From the NCBI RefSeq assembly GCF_009914755.1, contig NC_060932.1: a stretch of 64,000 nucleotides of DNA. The stretch is one strand, 5' to 3'. The DNA comes from the human T2T-CHM13v2.0 reference genome, Homo sapiens. The notes under the pieces were generated by a model. It made no database searches. It was given only the letters and a program-made list of their open reading frames with translations, and was not told where the DNA came from. Shown piece after piece: positions 29,807 to 43,614 of the stretch (within the stretch, counting starts at the first letter, position 1; the number at the start of each line of letters is the position of its first letter). The position numbers were made by a program, and so were the translations under genes.

Positions 29807-30904
29807 GCGTCTCCGCACTTGCGGAGAGACAGACAGCGCGAGCTCGCGAGCAGGGGAGGGGGCTCGGGAGCCAGGCCGTCCCTCCCTCTGCCTCCCCGGC
29901 AGTGGCCGCCGCCAAGTCCTGTCACCGGGAAAAGGACGGGGCGGAAACTTGCCTCTCGCGCCCCCGAGGAAGGGGCAAAGGTGGACGCAGGGTTGTCCGG
30001 GGAGCAGCCCCTGGCCGCGGGGTCCGCAGCATCTCCGTCGGCAGAGTCCTCTGAGAAGGCGGCCCGGGGAGAGGTGAAGAAGAGTAAGGGGACAGGGGAC
30101 AAAATGGGTGACTGTGGTAGAGGGAGGGTGACCTAGAGGTGACTGGAACTGAAGAGAGAGTCAACAGAGGACTGCATGGGAGGGCAAAGGGCAATGCCAA
30201 AAAGAAAACTAGCGACTGGGACGGGCCTGGGCCGCTGAGTTAGAGGCAGTGGGGCCTGGGGGCTGCAGACGGCAGGGACGGTGCCCCAGGACGAAGATCG
30301 GGGAGAGCCGAGTTCCAGGGTCGCCAGCAGAGGACCCTCGCGCCCGTCCGGCCGGACCCTTCGGCCAGCACCCTGCACCCCCTCGGGCGCACCTCACCCT
30401 ACCCAACTCCCGGTCCTGCCGCTGCTCCCCGGAGGCGCCCCGCATCCGTCAAGTCCCCTACGGCTCCAACAGGGAGAGGCTTCTCCCATTGCAGTCCTAG
30501 CTCCAGAGGGGATGGAGAGGCGCGACTGTGGGAGCTGGAAGGGGCACCACCCGGCAATTGCGGGATAAAGCAAATGCTGCACACAGAGTGTGAAACTTAA
30601 CCTGGTTGAGAATTTTCGGCACATCATGAAATCATAAGTTTGTATTGGAAAGTCCATTCTCTAGACATCCGTGAACAAAGTACTGAGGGGACGTAGGAGA
30701 TTGGCACTGAAAATGCGAGAACCCCCATTTAAGTGTTACTTAGACCAATCTGTTTTACGCTTTGGAAAAGCAAGTTTTTTTTCCAACTTATACGGTAATT
30801 AGTTGAAAAAAAAAACTTTTGTTTAATGGCAGTTATCAAACTATGAGAGGAACATATTCCCTGATTTTAATCTTATAATGAGAAAGGTCACTTGCGGTAG
30901 ACAA

Positions 30905-31115
30905 TAAGAGTGTTTATTGAACACTTACTGTGAATCTGACTGTGCTAGGTGATGTATATATGCTATAGGCCTTAATCCTCAAACCTTCCGAAGTCATTGC
31001 CGCTTTTCACTTCACACAAAAAATTGAAGCTTAAAGTAATTTGCCCAGGGTCACAGCCAGTAGTTGGAGAGGATGTGAGCCCAGTTCTGGTGAGCTCCAA
31101 AGCCCATGCTTTTAA
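30905..31115. mobile_element. MIR
   Basis: TTTATTGAACACTTACTGTG...AAGTAATTTGCCCAGGGTCACAG core. Confidence 0.7.
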
Positions 31116-31358
31116 ACATGTCTTCATCCTAAAATTTGTGGGTGTACCGCCAATTTTATTTGGGAAAAGAATAAAAAAAATGTGTGGGGTGTGTGTGTCT
31201 GTGTTTGTTTGTGGATAGAAAATGCTTGGAAGCCTATAACAACAAATGTTAGCGCTGGGGAGTGTAAGAAGTGGGTGATGAGGCACTTCCACTTTTTATT
31301 TTGCACACCTATCTAATGTTTGAAATGTTTGCATTGACTATGTATTAATGTATATTTT

Positions 31359-31397
<39 letters not shown>

Positions 31398-33435
31398 CTA
31401 GCTGGAATAATAGAATTATGTTCCCAAAGCGTTGAGAGGAAATGGAGAGTTTGTTTATGGCCTATCTTCTGCTAATACCAGTCTGTAGCTTGTCTACAAT
31501 GGGGTAGTAGTCACCTGAGGTTTGTCACAATTCTGAACTCCCGATTTGCTTTCCTGTCCTCACCCCCAACTGTGAGTTATCAGGAGTTGTGATAATAAAT
31601 AAATAAATAAATAAAAATTTAAAAAAAAGATTCTCCTTCTTGCTTGCTATCCCTCCCATTTTGGCAGAAGTCCAGAGTCTATCAGTCCTCTGCAATCGTA
31701 GATTTCACACTTTTTAAAACTACCCATGATACCTCTGCAAACAAATGACTCCCCCCATTGCATTCCCGTATTACCCAATAAAACGTCTTACGACGGCTGA
31801 AGACTTTTTCTTACAAGAAATAAACAAAAACGTCTGACAGCATAGTAGATGAGTTCCATGCCCAAGTGCTACTCAATTGCCTGAGCTTGAATTGAATTGT
31901 GTGACTTAAACGCGCTCTGGTACAATCTCTGGGTGCCCTCTGAACTTCAGGCTCTTGCTGTAACAGTAGTCTGTCTTGCACTAGAGTTGTTTATATGTTT
32001 GTCTTTCTCTTTCACTAGATTGTAAGTGCAACAGAGCCCAAGACCTAGTCTTGTTCTTGTTTGTACATGCTATAGCACCTAACAAGGAATGTATGATGTT
32101 TGTTGTTTCATTGAATTTGTGAAATATAAATAATAGTATCTATTCCGATCCTCATGTCCTCTTCCCCACCTCATCTTCCAATCCCTTGCTCATAAAACAT
32201 GTTTATAAAAAACATCTTCCATACTTAGAAAGAACTTTGATTCCCATGAGACCTCAGAACAATTGTTTATTAAAACTAGCCATAATTTTTAGTGAATCAT
32301 CACTATGATAATGTAAAATGAAAAGGTAGAGGAGGCGGTAAATAAGTTGGCTCAATGACACAAATTAAGAAAGGAAGAAGAAGGAAAGAAAAAAGAAGGC
32401 AAAGATATAGGAACTAGGTATATTACCAAGAGAGAACAACAAGGAAAAAATATGTGGGTGCAGATCATAAAGGGGAAGGAAATTATTGAAATTTAGTGGA
32501 AGTAGAAATAACATACCGTGAATGGATGAGGCAAGGAAACACCAAAAATGTCAGCAGAATCATAAATGCAGCATGGAAAAGTAAAGAAAATGACAAATTA
32601 TATATTTAACAATATAACCTAGGAATAATCAGAACAATATGACTGCTACAAGACAAGAATTTCTATTTTTGTCTGCCTTTTCTTCCACAGTTTTCAAAGT
32701 ACTCACTTTTTTCATAAGTAAACTGCATAAAAGTGGGAGATTCTATACTATTTTTGAGTTAATACTACTAGCATACATCATGAGATTAGAGGTAACAGTA
32801 TGGTAAAAAAGAGCTATAGAATATAAGCAAATAAATATGATGTGAAGTGGTCTCTGTAAGTTACTGTGTGACCTCAAACAAGTCACTAAATATCGCAATT
32901 TCCTCATCTGTGTAATTGTTGCAAGACTCAAAATGGTGTAAATAAATGTACTTTGTTAACTATCAAGCTCTTTATACAGATGTAAGGGAATATTATTATG
33001 TCAGCTAATATGTAGCACAGTTATCTCTGTTTTGGTGCATTCCTAAATTGCCAAAGCAAAAATCTATAGTTCATTCTATTAAAATGTAATCATAGGGTGG
33101 GGGCGTCAGTTAAAACATTTGTTTGTCAATTTGATTATTGAACGACTGTGATGAAATGTTTCATTCTTATTGTTTGCTCTCTTCTAAATCCCTTAAATAG
33201 TATAACTACAATAAACAAATGTCTAATATAAGTCAAGCATATTACATAAATTTTTTCCTTACTGAAGTAGTCATTGTATGTATATTATTCTCATTTTATG
33301 TACAATAAAGCTGAGCTTCAGAGACTTCAAGTAAATTAATGCAAAGTCATAGAACTGCCTTCGCTGCATATCTAAGATTGTGTTAGGATTCTACTCTTCA
33401 TCACTTGTATTTCTACTACTCTGAGAAACACATTG

Positions 33436-33721
33436 GCTGGGCGCAGTGGCTCACGCCTGTAATCACAGCACTTTGGGAGGCCGAGGCAGGCAGATCACGA
33501 GGTTAAGAGATTGAGACCATCCTGGCCAACATGGTGAAACCCCGTCTGTACTAAAAATACAAAAAAAAAAAAAAATTAGCTGGGTGTGGTGGCGCGCTCC
33601 TGTAGTCCCAGCTACTTGGGAGGCTGAGGCAGGAGAATTGTTTGAACCGGGAGGCGGAGGTTGCAGTGAGCCAAGATCGCACCACTGCACTACAGCCTGG
33701 TGACAGAGCAAGACTCTGTCT
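33436..33721 (+). mobile_element. AluS-like (Sc-type)
   Basis: Alu consensus. Confidence 0.92.
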
Positions 33722-34445
33722 CCTAGAACATAATGCATACTCAATAAATGATCATGAAAAGAATGAATAAATGAATGAATGGGCTCCCTTCAAGTCATAC
33801 TGTACACTGTCACAGGATTGATCCCCTCAGTCTTATTTTGTTACTTTCCCACTTGAAAACACTTAATGATCCTTCATTAACTATGGAATACAATTCAAAT
33901 CCTTCATCTTAGATTAAGAACCTCTTTGATATACCCCCTCTATTCATACCTCCCTTATTTCTCCCCCTCTATTCATACCTCCCTTATTTCTCAAGCAAAA
34001 ACAAATATTAATACACCCACACTCATTCCAGGGTATTCTGAGTGAGATTGACATGAGTTTCAATCTTGGCTCTTACTAACTGGGTGAACTTGGGCAAGTT
34101 ATTTGGCATCTCTGCAAATTTTATCAGTGCAATAAGACAAGAAAATGAATTGGAAGGAGGTGAAACCAAACTTATTCACTAATGATGATATAGTGTACGT
34201 ACAAAATTCAAAAGAATCCATGAACTACTAAAATGAATGTAGGATCACAAGGTACAAGGTCAATTGTATTTCTTCTGTATGTTAGCATGAAACAACTGGA
34301 AAATGAAAATTTTAAAATGCCATTTACAAAAGCATTTTAAAAATCAAAATTCAGGAATAAATTTAATGAAAGATGTCACATGATCTCTACATTGAGAAAA
34401 AAATATTGCTAATAGAAATTCACAATGGCCTAAAAACAGAAATAG

Positions 34446-34983
34446 ACTGGGCACAGTGGCACATGCTTGTAGTTCCAGCTACTTGGGAAGCTGAGGCGGG
34501 AAGATCACTTGAGCCTAGGAGTTGTAGACCAGCGTGGGCAACATAGCAATACTGTGTCTCTTAAAAAGTTAATTTTTGTGTGTGTGTGTGACATGACCTT
34601 ACTCTGTCACTCAGGCTGGAGAGTGCAGTGGCACAATTACAGCTCACTGCAGCCCTGACCTCCCTAATAGTCAGGAATACAGGTGTGTGCCACCACACCC
34701 AGCTTTTTTTTTTTTTTTTGGATTTTTTTTTTTTTGTAGAGATGGGGTTTCACCGTCTTACCCAGGCTGATCTTGAACTGCTGGGGCTGAAGTGATCTGC
34801 CCACCTAAGCCTTCCAGAGTGTTAGGATTACGGCATAAGCCATCATGCCAGACCAAAACATTAAATTTTTAAAACAAGAGATGGGACCAGGTATAGTGGC
34901 TCATGCCTGTAATCCCTGCACTTTGGGAGGCTGAGGTGGGAGGATCACTTGAGGCAAAGAGTTTGAGACCATCCTGGGCAACA
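34446..34983. mobile_element. Cluster: Alu monomer(+), AluJ(-), Alu monomer(+)
   Basis: Alu similarity at 34446-34560, 34590-34853 and 34884-34983. Confidence 0.8.
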
Positions 34984-35528
34984 GAAATGGGCAAAAGGAC
35001 TCCATTTCTGTTTTAAAAAACAGTATTAAGATGTCATCAGTATTAACATGTCAACACTTAGCAAATGGATCTATAGATTCAATGCAATCCCAATCAAAAT
35101 CCCAGCAAGCTTTTTAAGTAAAAATTGAGGTCTAATTCTAAAAATTATATGCAAATACATATTACCTAGAATAGCCAAGACAAACTTGAGGAAGCATGAG
35201 TTGAATGACTTACACTGCCAGCTTCAATATTTACTATAAAGCTACACTAATTAAGACAGTGTGATATTGGTGTAAGAATAGACAAACAGATCAATGGAAC
35301 AGAATAGAGAATTCAGAAATAGGCCCCCAAACTTATAGTCAATGAATTTTGTACAAAGTTGTCAAATAAATTCAATGGAAAAAGGAAAGTCTTGTCAATA
35401 AGTAGTGCTACAACTAGGTATCAGTTTGGAGAAAATAGTGACTTCTTACCATACACAAGAATGAATTCAAGATGGATCATAGACTTAAATGATAAAAACC
35501 AAACTATAAAGCTCCTAGAAGAAAACAT

Positions 35529-36150
35529 CAGCCATCCTTGTATTCCAAGCACTTTGGGAGGCCAAGGCAGGAGAATGGCTTGAGCCCAGGAGTTCAAGAC
35601 TAGCCTGGGCAACATGGTGAAACTCCATCTCTAAAATAAGTAAATAAAAAAGCCAGGTGTGGTGGCACACACCTGTAGTCCCAGCTGCTTGGGAGGCTGA
35701 GGCAGAAGGATCACTTAAACCTGCAAGGTTGAGGCTGCAGTGAGCCATGATCATGCCACTGCAATGAGCTGAGCTGGAGCCTGAGCAAGAGAGCAAGACC
35801 CTGTGTGAAAGAAAGAATAAAAGAGAGAGAGAGAGAGAAGAAAGAAAGAGAGAGCAGCCAGGTGCAGTGGCTCATGCCTGTAATCTCAGCACTTTGGGAG
35901 ACCAAGACAGCCGGATCACCTGAGGTCAGCAGTTCGAGACCAGCCTGGCCAACATGATGAAATCCCGTCTCTACTAAAAATACAAAAATTAGCTGGGCAT
36001 GGTGGAGCATACCTCTAATCCTAACTACTGGGGAGGCTGAGGCAGGAGAATCACTTGAACCCAGGAGGCAGAGGTTGCAGTGAGATGAGATTGTGCCAGT
36101 GCACTACAGCCTGAGTGACAGAGTGAGATTCTTGTCCAAAAAAAAACAAA
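35529..36150 (+). mobile_element. Tandem AluJ-like and AluS-like elements separated by a GA-rich tail
   Basis: Alu consensus at 35529-35810 and 35856-36150. Confidence 0.9.
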
Positions 36151-36374
36151 AAACTGACAATATCAAATACTGGGGAGAATGTTGGGCAATTGGAACTCTT
36201 ATTCTTTGCTGGCAGAATTGTACAAACACCTTGGAAAACAGAAACTTCCTCATGAAGTTAAGTATACACAATTCTACCCTACAGTTCTCCTAGGTATTTA
36301 CCTGAGAGAAATGAGAACAGATGTTCACCAAAAGATTGTATAGAACATTAATAATATAGAATATAATAATAACC

Positions 36375-36556
36375 CAGCCTCCCAAGCAGCTGGGACTACA
36401 GGTGTGTGCCACCACACCTGGCTTTTTTATTTATTTATTTATTTTAGAGATGGAGTTTCACCATGTTGCCCAGGCTGGTCTTGAACTCCTGGGCTCAAGC
36501 CATTCTCCTTCCTTGGCCTCCCAAAGTGCTTGGAACACAAGCATGGCCGATGTTTT
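36375..36556 (-). repeat. Inverted near-identical copy of 35522-35699
   Basis: By-eye alignment gives ~6 substitutions and a 4-nt indel over ~180 bp. Confidence 0.9.
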
Positions 36557-37029
36557 ATTCATGATAGTGAAAACCTGGAAACTAATTTCCATCGTCAAGT
36601 TATGTGGAGGAACAAAGTGTGGTATATTCGTACAATGGAATAGTACTCAACAATACAAGGAACAAATTACTGAAATATGCAATAACATGAATGAATTTTA
36701 GAAGCATTTTGCTAAGCAAAAGTAGTCGTACGGGTGCATTCTGTACAATTGCATTTATGCTAGAATACTACAGGTGCAGGCAAAATGAATGTATAATGAT
36801 GAAAGTTGATGCTAGGGTTGTGGGGGGTGCAGATTGACTGGAAAAAGGGAAGACAGAATTTTGGAGGGATGAAGAAATATTCTGGGGTGATTAATATTGA
36901 TTTAGGTGATAGTTACATTTTGACAAACCATTGTCAAAAATGTATTGAGTTGTACCCTTAGGATTTGTGTATTTTGCTATTAACTTATGCAAATTATACC
37001 TAAACAAAGTACTATTAGCATTTTAAAAA

Positions 37030-37925
37030 ACCGGGTAAGAGGGAAGTTCCCCAGTATAATGAAGTATATTTACAGAAAGCCTATAACAAACATTGTACTC
37101 AATATTGAAACATTTATAGCTTCCCCCTGAGATTGAGAAAGAGAATTGCAAATAGTATGCCCAGTATTACCATTTGTAACCAACATTGTACAGGCAGTTC
37201 TAGCCAATGTGATAAAAGGGGAAAAAATGGCATAAAGATTGCTAAGGGAGAAATAGAACTGTCATTATTTGCAGATGGCATGAATGTTTATGTGAAAAAT
37301 GCAAAGGAATCTACAAACTATTAGAATTAAATTTAATAAGATCTCTAGAATGGGAGGTCAATATAGAAAAATTAATTGTGTTACTATATATTAGAAACAA
37401 TTAGAAAATGAAAATTTGGCATGTAAATTGAAAACTGTTTGGCAATATCCATTAAAGCTGAGCATGTCTCCTGGGTGACCTAATAATTCTGTTCCTTAGT
37501 ATGTATCCTATAGAGTCCTTCAACAGAAGACTGAATGAATTACAGCATTTTTGTTCAATGGAATACTATACTGAAATGAAAATGAACAAACTATAGCTTC
37601 ACACAATAACATGTATAAATCATAGAGAAATAACCTTGAATAAAAGAAACTAGATACAAAAGAACACTACTATATGATGCTATTTACATAAAGGTCAGAC
37701 AGGCAAACCTAATCTATGGTGATAGATACCAGGATAGTTGTTACCTTTTGCCAGGTAGGTGCGGCCTAGGAAGGCACATGAGAGAGATTTGGGGATTCTG
37801 AGAATATTCTGTTTCTAATCCGAGTGGAGGTTACATGGACATGTTGATTTTATGAAACATTTGTGCACAGTTTATTCATGGTATACAAATGACTTGTGTG
37901 CCTATGTATATTACACTTCAATTTT
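37030..37925 (+). mobile_element. Second old L1M fragment(s), including the RT motif region
   Basis: LSLFADGM resembles the L1 RT LSLFADDM motif; followed by an L1M-type 3'UTR. Confidence 0.75.
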
Positions 37926-38066
37926 TTAAATGTTATTGTTGTTTGCATTTACTGAATCTCGCTCCCTAACTAGACTGTAAACTCCCTGAAGACAGGGATT
38001 ATATTTTAGATTTCTTAGCATCCCTCACAGATTTTAGCACAGCTGCTTCATAAAATGTTACTTTAC

Positions 38067-38703
<637 letters not shown>

Positions 38704-38742
38704 TCACCTGACTTAACACCACTTAACATAAAAGTTAATAGT

Positions 38743-39046
<304 letters not shown>

Positions 39047-40947
39047 AATAGAGACATAGGTTCTAAAGGTTCTAAACCGGTATCTGAATGCATAATCAAT
39101 GAGACTTGGGCATTTTGTGTGTGTGTCTTTCTTTACACACAACATTTGCCATCTTAGCTATTTTTAAGTTACAATTCAGTGGCATTAAATGCATTCACCT
39201 TGCTGTGCAACCCTCAACACTATCCATCTCTAGAATTTTTTCAAGCAAATCTTCTGGACATGCAATTAAATGCATCTAGGACTCAGTTTCCTACCTGAGT
39301 CCTACATTTTTAAGATTCCATGCAGCTCTGAAACACTACATCCGGGAACTAAAGAACATTCAAAGAAAAACAGACTCCTTTGGTTAAAATGCAAGTTTTA
39401 TAAAACCCTAGATCCAGAAACCTATGTTAATGTTCAGTTACAGTTGGGATAGAATAATGCCTTTGCGAAACAGACTGCATCTAAATAATTGTTCTTTTGC
39501 CTCAGGAAAAGAACCATCTTCAGAAGAGTAATATACCCTTCACTTCTTTTGAAATAGGCTTTATAAACATGGACCACTTGACAGAGAGTCTTACCACTGA
39601 ACACCCACTCCAGCAATAGTTTCTGAACTCTAAAATCAAAACTTTGTTTTTATTCAAAATATTTACAGAGTCAATCAATGTTATACTTTTATTAGTCCAT
39701 TATTTATGAATGTCGTTTTTTAACATCTTTGATTAAATGCCTCGGCCCCTGGGTTGTTTGTTTTGTTTTGTTTTCAGTTTTCCCCCAAAATAATTATGAA
39801 GTTCCAGCCATGCGACTACCAGAGAGATTGCAGTTGGTCTCGTGCCCCACCCCCATGCCCTTTTAGATGATTAATGTCCAAGCTCTTAAACCGAGTGGTA
39901 GGTATGTGAATATTTATTATTCCTATATCTGTCACACATGTTATAAATATTTTCTGTGTATATATGATATTTAGTTTAAAAAATTTAAATTCCTTCTATA
40001 ATAACTGTTTTACTTAATCACATTCTTTTCTTATAAAACAACAAAAGCTAACATTTAGACCCTGTTTTTCTTTAGACCAAGTTTTAAAATAAATTACTAA
40101 TATTGGGTACTTTCTCATACACTTTGTCTCTGATTTACACATGGTCAACTAACCACCGTCTAAGACTAACAATGCTCTTCCATGTCTGAACTCCCTTCTC
40201 TTTCTGCCTCTGCCTGCCTCTTCCCTTATCCTCTTTCCTCTTCTCTCTCCTTACTGTGGGCTTTGCAGCTGTTTCTCTCCCTTTTTAATAGTGGTTTCAT
40301 TGACAATATCACCATTGCCTCATATGTGAGTTCTACCTCCCTCTGGAGATGATTGTTTTCCTTCCTCTGGATCCCTTGTTGCCATCCCTAAGATAAAATC
40401 CCAAGCCCAGGTGACTTTGAGTATTCCCCGACAGAGCAACCACATTACCCCAAGGTGCCCCATCTTCATCTATACATGTTTAGCAGAGTCCCTATCCAAG
40501 TGCAGCATAGTTTTCCACAAAAATGCATATGATGGTTATGTTTTATTACCAGTACAGTACTATTATTGATGTCACAGGTTTTAGGAAGACAGCTCTGAGA
40601 ATTTAGGCTCCTCGAAAATCTGGTTTCTATAGAAAAACATGCTTTACTTTACCACCAATAAATGAAAAAGTAAACTTTGGAAATAAGTGCATGAAGATTG
40701 TTTGTGCTTTCCATCTAAGACTTCAAAGCCCTTCATAAAACACAGTTTTTAAAAAAGCCTTTTGACACAACTAATAGCCATTCAAGGACTTGTTATATTC
40801 ATAACTAAGATGCATTTATTAGCAACCTTTGACATGAAGCCCAGGAGATAATGCACAAAATGATAAAAAAAAAAGATAGGGTATGTTTCTTTCCATTTAT
40901 TAATTCAGTGAAAATTTGTTCAGTTTCTACTCTAGTTCAAGTACTGG

Positions 40948-41304
<357 letters not shown>

Positions 41305-41901
41305 CTATCTGAATGAAATTTACAGCAGATGCGGCCCATACTAGGCACTCAATAAATATTTGTGGAGTGAGTGATTGTGCCTAAGAAAACCCTTAGAATA
41401 CGATAGATATTTTTGTTTCATAAAATTCAATGAAATCAATGAATGAAGGGGTTGCAGAATATAAATTAGGCAGGGGAATTTTACAGCAATCAAAGTTAAA
41501 ATACTTCCTATTCCTACTGAAGTAATTGTGGGCGGGAATATTGGGTGACTGTGACCAGAAAGGCAACACCTCTACAGCCCATATGGCTCTTACTTTGCTG
41601 GGCACGGGTTAGGAGACAAGTGCCATCCCACCACTACCTCTATACCTTTTTGCTAATTTTAACTTTGAGACCTAAGTGTATTTTATCTACAAGTAGTTTA
41701 GATTTATCATCTTCACTTCAAGAACTCTGCACTCATTTACGGTAGCATTGTAACAGAAGACAGAATTTTACCAAATGTAACAAAGGCTTTAGACCATGAT
41801 AATTAGTTGCATTTGAAATCCCATCTTCATAGATATTCATAATGTATTTCTTCTTTATGATATTACTACGATTGCAATCCTCCTAAAAAGCCAAACATTT
41901 T

Positions 41902-42296
41902 TGTATTAGAGTTCTCTAGAGAAATAGAAATTAGATATTTATATCTAATAAAGAGATTAATTTTAAGGATTTGGCTCATGCAATTGTGGGGACTTGAAAG
42001 TCCAAACTTTGCAGAGAAGGCCAGTAGGGTGGAAATTGAAGCAAGAGTTGATGTTGCAGTCTTCAGTCTGAAGGAAGTCTGGAAACAGAATTCCTTCCTT
42101 CTTGGGGGACCTCAGTTTTTTTGTTTTTTTTTTTTTTCTCTTAATGCGCTCAGCTGATTTAAATGTTCAATGAGCACTGCTGATTTCAGTGTTAATTACA
42201 TCTAAAATACCTTCAGAGCAACATCTAGACTAGTGTTTGGCCAAACAACTGGGCACCACAGCCTAGACAAATTGACACATTAAATAAATCACCACA
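41902..42296 (-). mobile_element. MLT2 (ERV-L) LTR
   Basis: TGTATTAGAGTTCTCTAGAGAAA...AATTGACACATTAAATAAATCACCACA termini are typical of MLT2. Confidence 0.8.
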
Positions 42297-42508
42297 GACT
42301 ACTATTTCTCAAGTTGGATCCATGCAGTCTTCTTAAGCCATACTTAATCTCCAAGTGAAGACAATAAAAAATTCATACTTCTGCCTAACATGATACAACT
42401 ATCTTGTGTGTAACCAAAAATACACTAACACTTTCCCCAGAGAGGAAAGCAAAGTCCTTGAGTAATGTTCACTCTTCTTGATATCTTGTAACTTAAATTT
42501 TACTATGA

Positions 42509-42846
42509 TATTGCCTTAGTACATTTAATGCTGCTATATCAGAATACTAGAGACTGGGTAATTTATAATGAAGAGAAATGTATTGACTCATGATTCTGGA
42601 AGTTGGAAAGTCCAAGACTGAGGGGCCAGATCTGGCAAGGGCTTTCATGCTTTATCATCCCATGGCAGAAGGGAAAAGAGAGAGTGAGAGAGTGAGAACA
42701 AAGGGTATCAAACTTGCCCTTTATAATGAACCACTCTTGCGGTAATAGCCTAATCACTTCTCATTAGGCTCATCTCCCAACACTATTGCCTTGGGGATTA
42801 AGTTTCTAACACATGCTTTTTGGGGGACACATTTAAACCACAGCAG
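42509..42846. mobile_element. MST-family MaLR solo LTR
   Basis: GACTGGGTAATTTATAATGAAGAGAAATGTATTGACTCATGATTCTGG...GGGGACACATTTAAACCACAGCA. Confidence 0.8.
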
Positions 42847-43031
42847 ATGTTAAGTTGATAATACTTAAATACTTGATGTAAAATCAATACATCTTATGTT
42901 ATATGTTAAGGGGATATGGGAGGAAAGGAAAGAAAACAAGATATTTGCCCTATACACACATACATGCATTCAAATGAAATAAGGAAACAATTACAGCCTC
43001 ATTTCTATAAATGGTCATGTGGTTGTAGCTA

Positions 43032-43614
<583 letters not shown>

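Larger units (their letters stand above)
29627..29850 (-). other. NCOA2: Non-coding first exon (5'UTR) of nuclear receptor coactivator 2; 5' end approximate
   Basis: Minus strand reads ...GGCGGCCGCAGCCTCGGCTACAGCTTCGGCGGCGAAGGTCAGCGCCGACGGCAGCCGGCACCTGACGGCGTGACCGACCCGAGCCG|gtaacc. This matches my recollection of the TIF2/NCOA2 cDNA 5' end. Splice donor GT at 29626-29625. Confidence 0.85.
27750..30570. promoter_or_regulatory. NCOA2: CpG island / promoter region of the minus-strand gene
   Basis: Very high GC and CpG density against an AT-rich, CpG-poor background; many GC boxes; G/C strand skew flips near 29.85 kb. Confidence 0.95.
34125..37020 (+). mobile_element. Old L1M element (ORF2 3' part and 3'UTR), interrupted by several Alus
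   Basis: ATCTATAGATTCAATGCAATCCCAATCAAAATCCCAGCA and ACAGATCAATGGAACAGAATAGAG are L1 ORF2 signatures. Confidence 0.85.

Noticed and set aside
28000-30657. Many long overlapping ORFs (up to 366 aa) on both strands
   Set aside because: Pro/Arg/Gly/Ala-rich low-complexity frames expected from stop-codon depletion in a CpG island; no recognisable domain
31364-31395. Poly(T) run of ~32 nt as the tail of a hidden retrocopy
   Set aside because: No recognisable body, poly(A) signal or TSD beside it
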